64,000 nt of DNA from Sphaerodactylus townsendi. Its lineage: Eukaryota. The notes under the pieces are model-generated. The model saw only the letters and a list, made by a program, of their open reading frames with translations. It did not search any database and was not told where the DNA came from. The translations under genes were made by a program, and so were the position numbers. Where the stretch lies: assembly GCF_021028975.2 (NCBI RefSeq), contig NC_059426.1, positions 146,258,001 to 146,322,000 on the forward strand, in the 5' to 3' direction. Positions 34,939-46,806 of this stretch are shown piece by piece; within the stretch, counting starts at the first letter, position 1; each line of letters starts with the position of its first letter.

Positions 34939-36851
34939 CAAGGCCAGTCATATGGCCTTGAGACCAAGGTCACATGTTCAAGCACAACGTTGGTCTGACA
35001 ATAGTCCTTGCTTTCAAGAAAGAGACCAGAAAGAAGCATCTGCCCCATCTGATGCTATGATGGAGACCTCAGGGATCTCCATCATAGCATCAGTGGGCTC
35101 CATTTCTTCTTTAGTCAAGCTGGTATGAAGGTGTGACTCAAAGTTTGTGGTTATGTTTGTTTCCTCAGTGACATGTTCCATTGAATTTAATAGGCGTTAC
35201 TTCCAAGTATTCATAAAGTCATGGCTACTTCTCAGTGAACGTACTTGGAATTGGGTTGCCAGTCTAAAAGCATGATTTACTATGTAAATGCTAAATGTAC
35301 ATATGGTTGCTAACCTCAACATAGAAACATTTAGCCAGTGAAGCTCAGTTTATTTTAGGCAAAGTTTAACCTGCAATATTCCTGTATCAGGTTTCATGCA
35401 CAAGTGCAGGGCCTGTGTTAGGCCCTGTATCAGGCACAAGTGCAGGGCCTGTTGAAACCCCAAGAGACAATTAGACTATTAAGAACACATTACTGAGTAA
35501 ATGGGGGCCTAATCCTATCAGAGGGTTTGATAATCTCAAGCTCGCATGCTTAATTTTCTCTCCTACAAATCACTGCCTTGAAAAGGGCTTAACTTGACCA
35601 AAGCGAGTAGCGAGATTGGCCTTATGGGAGGATGGGATGTGGATTTTTATGAACAGTTGAAGGAGCCGATCTCTTTCAGTTCATGAGGTCAAAAGGCCTG
35701 TGTGTTTGGCAAGGAGGAGAACCGGAGTCACCCTGCCCTTTCTTCTCATGTGTGCTTGATTTAAGGGTTGATATTGGAGCAAAAAGGAGACTTTCCATTG
35801 ACTTCAAAGGCCTTTTGGATCAGGTTGCCGTGTAGTCATTGTATCAGTGGCCTGAATTCATTTCAGATTGGCACTCAGTCAGCACAGCTGACTGCTGATC
35901 TGTTGCAGATGCAGAGAAGTGGCCTGACGCAAACCACTCTCTGCTCCAAAATCCACAAGAGAATGAAACCTCATGCCAGGTTTCTGAGCGGAACCTTGGG
36001 CCTGCGGTCTAGCATTTAGCACTTTGGAAAGGACAGCCCCCAAGAAACAAGGCAAAGGAAATGAGTTGTCAACTTATCTCAGGTTCAGGCTATTTGTGGC
36101 TGTGTCCTACAGGTGGAAGATCAGGTGCACAGCAATTGAGGGAAGGAACTGTTTGTTGTTTCTGATGAGGCCAAGTTGACAGAGCAACAGTTAGCTGCTC
36201 CCTTTGTGGGGAGAGATTAGTGAGACTGAGAGGAAATATGACCTAGAATTTTTTTTAAAGGAGAAAAAAGTAGGAAAAGTGATTTGTCTGTGGCAGAAAC
36301 TCTGCTTTAAAAAAGAACGGGCTGATGAAAACCCAACTGTGAAAAGCAAGACTTTCTATTCATGATCTTGTGATGCCACCTGGAAACTTGAGAAGGGATT
36401 TCAATGCACACACTGCACTTGTGACATATTATTTTCTGCCACAGTTCTCTTCTGTCTGTTGTAATTATCATGTGAGTGTTGTTAAAAGAAAATAAAATAG
36501 CAGTTGTGAGGAACGTTACTGCATGAATCAGAAGTGACTGATTTAATTTTTAAAAATCTTGCTTGGGCCAAGGCCCTTTCCTGGATACTGTTCTGATATC
36601 AAATAGAAACCTGTTTCTTTTTAACCCTGCCCCCCCAAAAAAGGATGTTTCCTATTTTCCTTCCTGACCGACAGAAAGGTATACATAATATTGAGACTGG
36701 GGACCAAAGCAATATTGCCCCACTCCAATCTTATCCTTCACCTTACTCATTCAAATATACCTTTGGGCTCCAATTGTATTTAGCAGGTATGCTATCCAGT
36801 TTTGGGCTCCTGCTGAACTGTCCCATTAGAAAAACAATTGTGTCATGACTA

Positions 36852-37840
36852 TGTTACCGCTGCTGCTCAGGTAACATTAAGTGATTTCAGCTCAGGCAAC
36901 GTAGTGAGGTGCAGGAAGCCGGTGTTCTTCAAAAAAGAATATTTTATTCGAAAGTGGTGGCTACAGCTCAGGCAGGGGAATCACGCCCTCGTAGTCAAAT
37001 GCAAGAACTTTTATACACCCAGATCAAAAGAGGGCAAAGGGGCAGGTAAGGGGGCAGGTCCCTTACCTTACAACAATAAAGAAAACATCAACACATTTTT
37101 AAAAAGGTACAATTACAACTTTGTGATGGGAACATGAGATCTCGCTGTCAGGCATCTTCCTGCGAGACTTTACGATAGTGCTGAAACAGGGAGTGGAGAG
37201 TGTCCATTCATAAAACTGGGTGAGGCTGTTAACGCACCCAGGTTATCAGATGGGCTGCTTCCTTGAGTTATGTCCTGAAGCTCCTGCGCCTCAGTCCCAC
37301 AACAAAAGAAAGTTCAAATGGTCCAATGGTGATCTTGGCGCGCTCTTCAATGGCTGGGATATCTGGGGTGCCGTCATCAGATTCAATTTGTAATTCCGAA
37401 GGGGTCTTTGTTTTTGCTAAAGAGATTTACCGGGTGTTGGCTCAAACTGAATTCCAAGACTAGCTTCCTTGGGTCTTAATATCAGCAGCTACAAGCTATT
37501 GCTTTTACTAACCGATACAAATATCAAAAATAACATTTCCTAATTTAACGAACTTACAATAAAAGAGCATAAGCGAAATATCCTAACCTAGCATTAACAA
37601 ACCTTAAGTCAACTGGAAAACCTAGCTAAGACATAAGCCTAAACATGGGGCAGACAATAAGTTCAGCACTGAGGGACTTACATTTAAATCCTAAAAGGGA
37701 TAAAAGCAAGAGGGAAACCATGTAAAACATTGGCACAATCACATATACACATCCTTTCCAGGCCTTATGGAGGCTTTTGGACAACACTGGTCTCTTTGCT
37801 CTGGTCCTTAGCCAGTGTAGTTCAGCGATAAGCGGTAACA
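36852..37840 (-). mobile_element. Solo LTR (989 bp, 4-bp TSD; ERV1- or Gypsy-type)
   Basis: Perfect 10-bp inverted termini TGTTACCGCT...AGCGGTAACA; TSD acta/acta; minus-strand TATAAAA (~37012) upstream of AATAAA (~36945). Confidence 0.88.
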
Positions 37841-39478
37841 ACTACTGGATCCTTGAAGTAAACCAAGTAAGTGAACTTCTAAGAGCCAGTTTATACTTTG
37901 CGCCATGTGTTGGCCATGAAGCACTCTAGTAATAGCAAAGTGTCTCTTTGAAAATCCATAGGGTTGGATCCCATCTACATTCCATCCATGGAAGAACAAC
38001 TTCTCCACCTTTGCCCTCCCAAAGCAACCTTGAATGTCCTCTGAAATACTGCTTTCTGGAGAACAGGGGGTCTCCAGAAGCAGCAGAGGGAGGTAGCTAG
38101 AATTTTACCCCTCCTGGTTGTACATGTACATATTTTTGTCCAGCTCAAGCACCTTGCTTATCCCAGGGAGCTGAGTACAACCAAGGCTGACTTTTCATGA
38201 ATCTACCACCTTAAGGGTTAGATCCAGTAGAAATTTCAACTGACAGAAAGACAGTAGCAATTTCCACCCACTCCACTCTCCTGCATTAAACCTTCAACTC
38301 TTCCCTCCCACTCCTCCAGTGGTGGTGGTAGGGTCTCCTGTTTCAGCGAGCATTTTGGTCTGCAATGAAGGAGGAAGTCTCACTCCAGTGATAGAAATCC
38401 ATAGTCAGTGGAGATTTGGTGTTGCATCCAGCCACAGGTTTAGTATGTGTTTCTACTATTCAAAGGGTAAGGCTGGTTCACCTTTGACTATTATCAGAAT
38501 GGTTTAAAGTAAAGTATCAACCAATACATTTACTGGCAGATGCTAACATTTAAAAAGGACAATCCCCCCTCACTTGTGGGAACTTTTTACAGTGTAAATT
38601 AACATGCAGACTTTGTTTCCGGCCCTGCGTGTGATTTGACATTTGGGTCTTTAGGTGTTGGATTACAGAGCCAATGTTATCTCTACTATTGAGTGTCCCT
38701 TTAAGAAATTATACATAGGAAAGAAGAAAATGGGGGATCCTTAAAAATGGATCAAGAAGCACAAGTTCAAACATAGCCCACAAACACGTGAGCTATGAAA
38801 CTTTATCCCAACATGATGGAAATGCAACAGGCAAGCAATAGGATTGACCAGGGAAACAAGGTGTCCCCAGTTCTGGATGGGTTGTACTACCTTCTGAGGG
38901 AGCTGAGCATGGCAGCCCTCAAGGAAACTCAGCAGGGATATGATGTCATAAAGTCCACCCTCCAAAGCAGCCATTATCCCCAGGAAAATTGATCCCTGTA
39001 GTCTGGAGATGAGTTTAATTTCGAGAGATCTTTAGACCTTACCTGGGAATTGGTAACTCAACCTGGGGCTGCCTTTGACATGTGTCCAGTTTGGTACAGA
39101 ATGTTGCAAGCAGTTTGCTGACTGGAGTGGGTCATAGGGACCATATCACTAGCTCCCAGGTTGTTCCACAGTCCATTTCAAGGTGATGGCTCTTTCCTTT
39201 AAAACCAATACAGTTTGGGACCAACATGTTTTAAGGACCACTATTCTTCCAAGTTTTGTCACCTTCTACATTTGGAGGATCCCTGAGACCATTAAATGAA
39301 GCTTCTGCAGGGTTCACTGGAACTTTTTCTCATTCCGTGGGCATCCCATTTTTCCAAGTACCTTCCTTCCCCTTGTTCTGTAGCAGCTTCAGGATCTCAA
39401 ATTACACAGCCATATATTTCCTTGCTATGTGCTTCTGTTGTTTTCAGTAAAGACATACTGAAATGGGTTAGATAGAAG

Positions 39479-39989
39479 CAGGCCTGGAGCCAGAACATTT
39501 TCATGGGGGGTGGGGAGGCAAATGAGTACAGTGATGGTCCGTTCATAATTATTTATTTTCTTTGTTATTAATTTATTTGTGCTGTGTTCTTTATTTACCA
39601 ATTTTGTTTTTGAGACTCAATATATTTGAGACTCAAGTATAAAGCAACATAATTGAATAGCATGAAGGATCTAATGAGTAATGCAATATACCTAGGGTTA
39701 CAAAAATTAGAAGAGTGCAAAAAAAGTTTCAGACATCTTAAGTCTGAAACTTAAGGCTTTTTAAATTAGGACACTTCAGTCCTGCTAATTGCAAATTCTG
39801 TTCTAGCCGGTTGCATAGAGAATTCACATTTGCAAAATGTATGATAGGATTCACACCTTTTTAGCTTCTTCCTTTTTTTACTTAGAGAATTTACATCGTG
39901 ATGGGTTTCACACCAACCCTGATTGGAGGGGCATGACAAATGACTGACAGGGCCCAGCCCCCTTTTACAGCACCATGGCTATGGGCCTG
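39479..39989. mobile_element. hAT-type non-autonomous element (511 bp)
   Basis: caggcctggagcca/tggctatgggcctg TIRs; 8-bp TSD gatagaag/gatggaag. Confidence 0.7.
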
Positions 39990-41067
39990 GATGGAAGTTT
40001 CTTTCTTTTATTTAACTTGCATGTCACCCTTCCTTTCATGGGGTTAGGGTGACTTAAAACATATCATAAACAATAAAAAACATAAATTACAGTTAACATC
40101 TCAGATAGTGGCTAGCCCAGTCACCTTAAATATATGAAAATCCTGAACCATAAACATCTAGTAGGAACAAACTCCCTCTGCAGAGTCACTTTCCTTCCAT
40201 TACTGAGCTGACTGACCATTAGAGGTTCTCCTAATGTTTGAGAGAAGGGAGATTAGCTACAATTTGTATAGCTTCTTTTGTGACAGCCACACTCCTTTAG
40301 AATGGGCTGTTCAGTGAAGAGAGGAAGCACGAAGGAACTAAGGGAGCACACCGCCTTCCTTCAATTTTATGGATTGCAAGTTCTCTCATGGTGGTCTGAT
40401 TATTTCTTTTAGATACTATATTGTTCTTATGGCATATTAGATTGTACTGTGGTTTGGAAAGGTCTTTGAGCTGTAGCAGAAAGAGGATATACAATTGCCT
40501 TAATTAAATACATACATGAGAAATCAAAGTTACGAACCAGACTTATGACTGATTCATGCATTATGAAGCAAACAGGTTTCCTGTGCATAAACTGTTTGTA
40601 ATCATAAAGTGAAAACATGTGTAAAGATGTGAAGATGCTTGGTGGACACATGGTAGGGACACTTTGGATGGCACATAAAAACTTGAAGATGCAAATATTT
40701 TAAAAGTGTTAGATCTGGTAATTAATTTAAAAAAAACAACAACCCAGCAATGTACTTTGAATCTGACGTATTTCGATTACTAGGACAGGAAAAGGAACTC
40801 AGATAGTATAAATGAAACAACTGTTTTTACAGAGATGCCAGTTATACAACACATCACATCACATAAAAATGTTTATAAAAGAATAGCCACAGGGTCTTTA
40901 AATAAACACGTATTATGCAATAAACCCACTTAAAAACATTTCCCAGCAATTCACAAAAGATTTCTTTAATAACCATACTATTTCACAACAAACGTTACAA
41001 CAAAATGATGGCAATTCAAGCCCCATCTTTATGTAATAATGAGATGAAAGAGCTTTCTGCTTAAGGA

Positions 41068-41260
41068 CGGGGCATAGCCCAGTGGTACAGTGCATGCTTT
41101 CCAGTCTGTGGAACACAGTCCCAGAACGTTCCCTCAGAATTGCCACTCAAACGTTCATAGTCAGTAGCAACTGCGGAAACAATCTCTCTACCTGAGACCC
41201 TCATGGACAACTTACTGCCAAGTGCAGTCTTTGCCGTTAATTCAGTATTATGATATGGGT
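41068..41260 (+). mobile_element. Squam3-like tRNA-derived SINE, degenerate
   Basis: ggggcatagcccagtggtacag head (A-box-like); cctgagaccc..gccaagt core. Confidence 0.55.
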
Positions 41261-41507
41261 CAAAGGTAAGGATACCAGCCTGCATACCATTTCCAGACTA
41301 CAGAGACGAGTTCCCTTGGAGAAAATGGGTGCTTTGGAGAGGGCACTCTGTGGCATTGTACCCCACTGAGGTTCCTGTCCTCCTTTAGCTCCACCCCCAA
41401 GAATCCAAAAGTTGGCAACCCTACTCCTCACACCCTCCAAGAGGACCTGGCAACCCTTGTCAAAGGTACTTTATAGTTTTAAGGGAGGAAAAGCAGTTTC
41501 CTACAAA

Positions 41508-41509
<2 letters not shown>

Positions 41510-41576
<67 letters not shown>
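41510..41576. repeat. Compound (CT)n(GT)n microsatellite
   Basis: Directly visible. Confidence 0.95.
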
Positions 41577-41579
<3 letters not shown>

Positions 41580-42419
41580 ACACCACACTTTCCCCATTCA
41601 TTCCCATATATTATATTTTATTCCACCTGTCCTCCACTAGGGGCACTGTACAAGGTTTTCTCTTCCACAAGGGTCTCTCTTCCTTACAACAACCTTGTAA
41701 GGCAGGGAGAAACTGGCCTAATGTCGCCCAGTCAGCTTTGTGGGAGAGGGGGCATTTGAACTAGGCTGTCCCTTGTCCCAGCCCAGCATACACTAACCAC
41801 TAGCCCACACCACTTTCTCTAAAAGTATCTCTTCAGCATGGAGGGGACATTTCCAAAAGCAAGTGGAGGAAAGAAGTCTTATTATTAGACTAAAAAGCAC
41901 TCTTCAGACATTAAAGGAGGGTGGACTGAATACCCCTTTTGCACTGGGAATCACTGAAGCAAACTCTGCTTCAATGTACACTTATATGATTTTTATGCAA
42001 AGAGCCTGTGAGCATCCAGCTGTGCTGTTTTAGGTGGGATCATGTGGCAAGAGCAATATGCACCTTCATGTATACTCACATAGGCTCAAGACGTTGTCAG
42101 AAGAGGTTAAAGAATTGCACCTGATCTTGATCCCTGAAGGCCATTCATCATCTCTAACCTTGCCCAGGGACTTCCGTGATGAGAGGGAAACAAATGGACA
42201 GATAAATTAATTAAATAAATAAAATATTGTTTCTTTGCCCTCTGAAACAGGAATGTAGACGCTGACCGAGTGATTCAAGATGGTTGCTGTGAATTCATTG
42301 CTTGTGGATCCATACCACAGTCCAATATCCCCACGGAAGCTGCAGTTATCAAGCCTAAATTCATTGTGTTTAGACCGGAATAACTCTGGATAGCACTGCA
42401 CTGCTAGTCTGAAGAAGAA

Positions 42420-42715
42420 GCAGAGGAAGAGTTTGGATTTATATCTTGCCTTCCTCTTCTGTAAGGAGTCTCAAAGCAGTTTACAAATTCCATCCCTTCC
42501 TCTCCCTACAACAGACACCATGTGAAGTAGGTGGTGCTGAGAGAGTTCTGAGAGAAATGTTACTAGCCCAAGATCACACAGCAGACTTCATGTGGAGGAA
42601 TGGAGAAACAAATCAGGTTCACCAAATAAAAGTCTGACGCCCATGTGGAGGATTGGGGAATGAAACCTGGTTCTCCAGATTAGTGTCCACCTGCTCCTAA
42701 TCACTACACCATGTT
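42420..42715 (-). mobile_element. tRNA-related squamate SINE
   Basis: ttctccagattagtgtccacctgctcctaatcactacaccatg is the reverse complement of the SINE head; gaagaag tail. Confidence 0.7.
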
Positions 42716-44312
42716 GTCTACTCAGTTATTCCTGATTATTCATCTTTGGAGCCCCCCTCCTCCAGTGGCTCATTGAAATTTCTTTTTTCTCCCTGCCTTC
42801 TGGAAGCCCCAAAGAAAGCAGAAGAAATTGATTCAGTGAAATGACTGCCACCATTTAAACACAATGCACCTTACCAATGTGCCAATTTTAAAGCAAAGGG
42901 CTGGACAGTAGGTCTAAAGGATGTTCATTATTTTGATATGATCCAAAGACACTTGGAAGGATTTGGCAGGATAATAGCGAGGACCTCACTGGGTGCAATA
43001 TCAGACTCAAGTCCATTCAGATATTCTGCTTAGTAGGAAGCCAAACTTAATCTGTCCTCTCCTAAGGGTGCTGTTCAAGTTTTACAACAGTGTGCTGTTC
43101 AAGCTTTACAACTGAGGGTAGCAACATCCCACTGGCAAGAATCCCTGGAGAGAGGCTCAGAATCTATTCAGCAGATTGGTTTGTGTGGAATGTGAGATCA
43201 CCCACCTGGACAATTTATACCAAAGACTGTTTTTTCCCCTTGATTTCCTGCAGTGACTAATACAAATGAAATCTGAAGTAATTAAGTGGCTTAATCCTCC
43301 TTTTTTATGAACTCGGTGGTAAAACCCCACCTGCCTCTGAACCTCTTTTGCCCTGTGTGAACTTGTTTTCCCTTCTGTGGGGATCCTCTGACTCCAGCCC
43401 GTCTCAGATTTCCCACATGTTTCATACATCCTCTGCTGGGAATCCTTTAACATTTTCTCCAGTTGCCTGCTATGACTGGCTTGCCAAATCTCACTAGAGT
43501 TTAATCAAGAAGTCACGGTTCCAGTTTGCTTTAGGGATGCTAGATTAGTCAGTTACAAGGTATGCACCAAGACTGGAGTGTCCCTTTACCATTTTAGCCA
43601 CTAAATATTTACCACATTGGCAGTCCCCCTCTCTATCCAAAGAAGGGAGGAAGATAGCGTCATGATTCCAGGGCACAGCTTGCACGACAACTTTCAGGAA
43701 CCCCAAAAGAGTGTTTATTGATCAGAGAGTCTGTGGTGCCATCCATGAGCCTTCTAGTGCCTAGGGGGAGGCTGGAATGCAGTATTAACTGGGTATTATG
43801 TAATTGTGAAGTTAGTGTCTGCTTGTTGTTCTGGGAGCTATTTGATAACTTGCACGTTTAACATGGAATGTCAGGCAAAATTCATCACTCAATAGAAACT
43901 GTTTCAGAAATGCTAGGAAACACTGCGCTAGGCAGTTTTAACCATCTAGATCAGTTCACTAGCATGCTAAGGGTACTAAGCAAAATTATATACTTATTTA
44001 AGGCTATTGAAGTCAATGATCAATATAGGATGGTGAAACAATTGTTTACAATGGCACTGTAATAAGATGGAGCATGTATGCCTGCTCAGGCTTGGAAGCT
44101 CTCTGAGTGACCTCTGGCTAGTCATGTGCTCTCATAGGTGTGAGGATAAAATGGAGGAGCAGGAATCATGTTATAAACTATTTTGATCCTTCTTTAGGAA
44201 AAAGGTGTCATATAAATATCGAAATAAATAATATAAACTGAACCTATTTAGAAACCACAAAAGCTATTTCTGAACAAAAAAAACCCCTTTTCTTAGAAAA
44301 CCTTTTTATAAC

Positions 44313-44469
44313 CAGGTGCTTGGGAGCAGCAGCAGCAGAAGGCCATTGCTTTCACATCCTGCTTGTGAGCTCCCAAAGGCATCTGGTGGGCCACTGCGAG
44401 TAGCAGAGTGCTGGACTAGATGGACTCTGGTCTGATCCAGCAGGCTCGCTCTTACGTTCTTATATTCTT
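44313..44469 (+). mobile_element. CR1-3'-end-like short retroposon
   Basis: gctggactagatggactctggtctgatccagca..tcttacgttcttatattctt tail. Confidence 0.75.
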
Positions 44470-44553
44470 TTGATAGAGATTGTTATTAATTATTCTGTGC
44501 TTTCCAAGGTTTATCCAGTGTAAGCAGCTACTCTGATAGCAGAAGCTATAGTA

Positions 44554-45042
44554 CAGTGGTGGCGAACCTATGGCACGGGTGCCAGAGATGGCACTCAGAG
44601 CAGAGTCCTCCCCCCACACATCTAGGCTGACTTGGGCCGCTGGGCTTGATTATTAGCATTAAACCTAAGACCTCGTTTTGCGGAGGCAGTTGGGGAGGTA
44701 GGTAACCCTATTAAGTGCTGTTAAACCCCACTAATTTTCATGTGAAGAACTAAAGCGCAATCCTTTACCTGGGAGTAAGCTCGGTTGCTGGCAATGGGGC
44801 TTGCTTCTGAGTAAACCCTCCTAGAGTCGTGACTCACCTGTTGGAAGAGTTGCACGGAGGCTTCAAAGCCACCGACTGCAACCAAGCTTACTCCCGAGTA
44901 ATGCACGGCTCAAAGCCAACCGTTTTTTCTAAACGAAAACCTCAGTATTCAGGTTAAATTGCCGTGTTGGCACTTTCCGATAAATAAGTGGGTTATGGGT
45001 TGCCATTTGGGCACTCGGTCTTGAAAAGGTTCTCCATCACTG
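44554..45042. mobile_element. hAT (Charlie-like) non-autonomous element (489 bp)
   Basis: cagtggtggcgaacct/aggttctccatcactg TIRs; perfect 8-bp TSD ctatagta. Confidence 0.9.
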
Positions 45043-45581
45043 CTATAGTAGATGCATGGAGTAATCACGTTATTTCCTGCAGCTTTTCTCTAATGTTTGT
45101 CTGAGTGTTTCTGCTTTCATGCAGCTCCTCGTGTCATTTTTGAACCCTAACTCTCTGGTCAGTCAGGCTGTACCACTGCCTTTCCAATGGCTGTCATCAG
45201 ACTTGAAGACTGACTCTCAAGGGGCATACAAATCAGTGGCATGTCCAGACTTGACACATGATACTTCCTCCAGTAGGCTCAAGACTCCAGTCAACTCCTA
45301 TGGGGTTTAAAAAAATCAGCCCAAGTGTCTGTTAGCATTTTAGTGCCCATAAATATGAGCATCACAGACATATAAAATGAATAAGAAAAAAGGGGGTTTT
45401 TTTGTTCAGAAGCTTTTGCCTGTATATAAGGAATGCCTTCCTTAAATAAATAATAATGCGCTTTCAGCACTCTGCCAAGCTTGCAGTAGCTTTAGCAGCT
45501 AAAGGGGAGATTTTTTTTCAGGATGTGAAGTAAGAGGGATACAAAAAATGGGAGGTAAGAGGGATACCAAAAAAAACAAAC

Positions 45582-46806
45582 AGTTTTTTTGACAAAGCTC
45601 CTCACCAGAGACTACTGAGAAAATTCAACAATCAAGGAATAAAAGGTGAAGTCCTCCTATGGATTAAAAACTGGTTGAGAAGCAGGAAGCAAAGGGTGGG
45701 TGTAAATGGGAAGTTCTCACAATGGAGAGATGTAGAGAGAGGTGTCCCCCAAGGATCCGTTTGGGGACTAGTGCTCTTGAATCTATTCATAAATGACCTG
45801 GAAGTAGGGGTGGATAGCGTGGTGGCCAAGTTTGCGGATGATACCAAATTATGTATTGCGGACCTTGATAAATTAGGTGAGTTGGCTAAGAAATGGCAAA
45901 TGCAGTTCAATGTAGCAAAATGCAAAGTGATGCATATAGGGGCAAAAAATCCAAACTTCACATACACACTACAGGAGTCAGTGCTATTGTAACCCCTGTG
46001 TCAGAATGGGATGACCCAGAAAGGGTGGAGTCTGAAATGATGTAGAATGCTGCAGAACTCATGAGGTTGGAGGAAGCGAGACTACCAGGCTGGGACCTTG
46101 ATTGATTTTATTAAGCCCTTAACACCTTGTTTAAGGTAACTGCAATGTTGTGGGGAACTAGTGGGAAGGGAGTTTATTTTTTTGCTATATTGTAAATGTT
46201 AGAATTTATTGTTTCAGGGTTTTTGTGTATGTAAATGGTGAGAGTTTTCTGGGAACCTTCATCATCTTGAAGCCCATTCACCAAGCCTCAGAAGTCTTCA
46301 AAACCAACCACCAGCAAAGAAGAATTGGACTTGGCAATATCAGTAGACTGTAAATAAGGACTTGAAAATGCAAACTTAACAGGACTGCAAAGTGTAAATG
46401 TTAAATGTTTTAAAAGTGTTATTTGTTAAGTAAAGTAAACTGTTTTGTTTAAATTTGGTTCTTTGCAACTCCTTCCAAGTACTGCCCCACAGAACCCACA
46501 AGCTGAGGTTACACTATCAGTCACAGATCAGGAAAGGGATCTGGGTGTCTTAGTTGATTGTTCGATGGGAATGTCGACTCAATGCATGGCAGCTGTGAAA
46601 AAGGCAAACTCTATCCTGGGGATAATTAGGAAAGGAGTTGATAATAAAACTGCAAAGATTGTCATGCCCTTATAGAAAGCAGTGGTGCGACCGCACTTGG
46701 AGTACTGGGTTCAGTTCTGGTCGCCACATCCCAAAAAGGATATCGAAGAGATAGAAAAAGTGCAGAGAAGGGCAATGAGGATGATTGAGGGACTGGAGCA
46801 CCTTCT
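45582..46806 (+). mobile_element. CR1 LINE RT fragment split by a solo LTR
   Basis: GVPQGSV.GLVLLNLFINDLE, KFADDTKL, KWQMQFNVAKCKVMHIG | ERDLGVLVD, VRPHLEY.VQFWSPH. Confidence 0.92.
45988..46513 (+). mobile_element. Solo LTR (526 bp, 4-bp TSD; Gypsy- or ERV1-type) nested in CR1
   Basis: TGTAACC...GGTTACA termini; TSD ctat/ctat; CR1 reading frame resumes after it (ESVL|SVTDQERDLG); strand tentative (AGTAAA near the right end). Confidence 0.9.
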
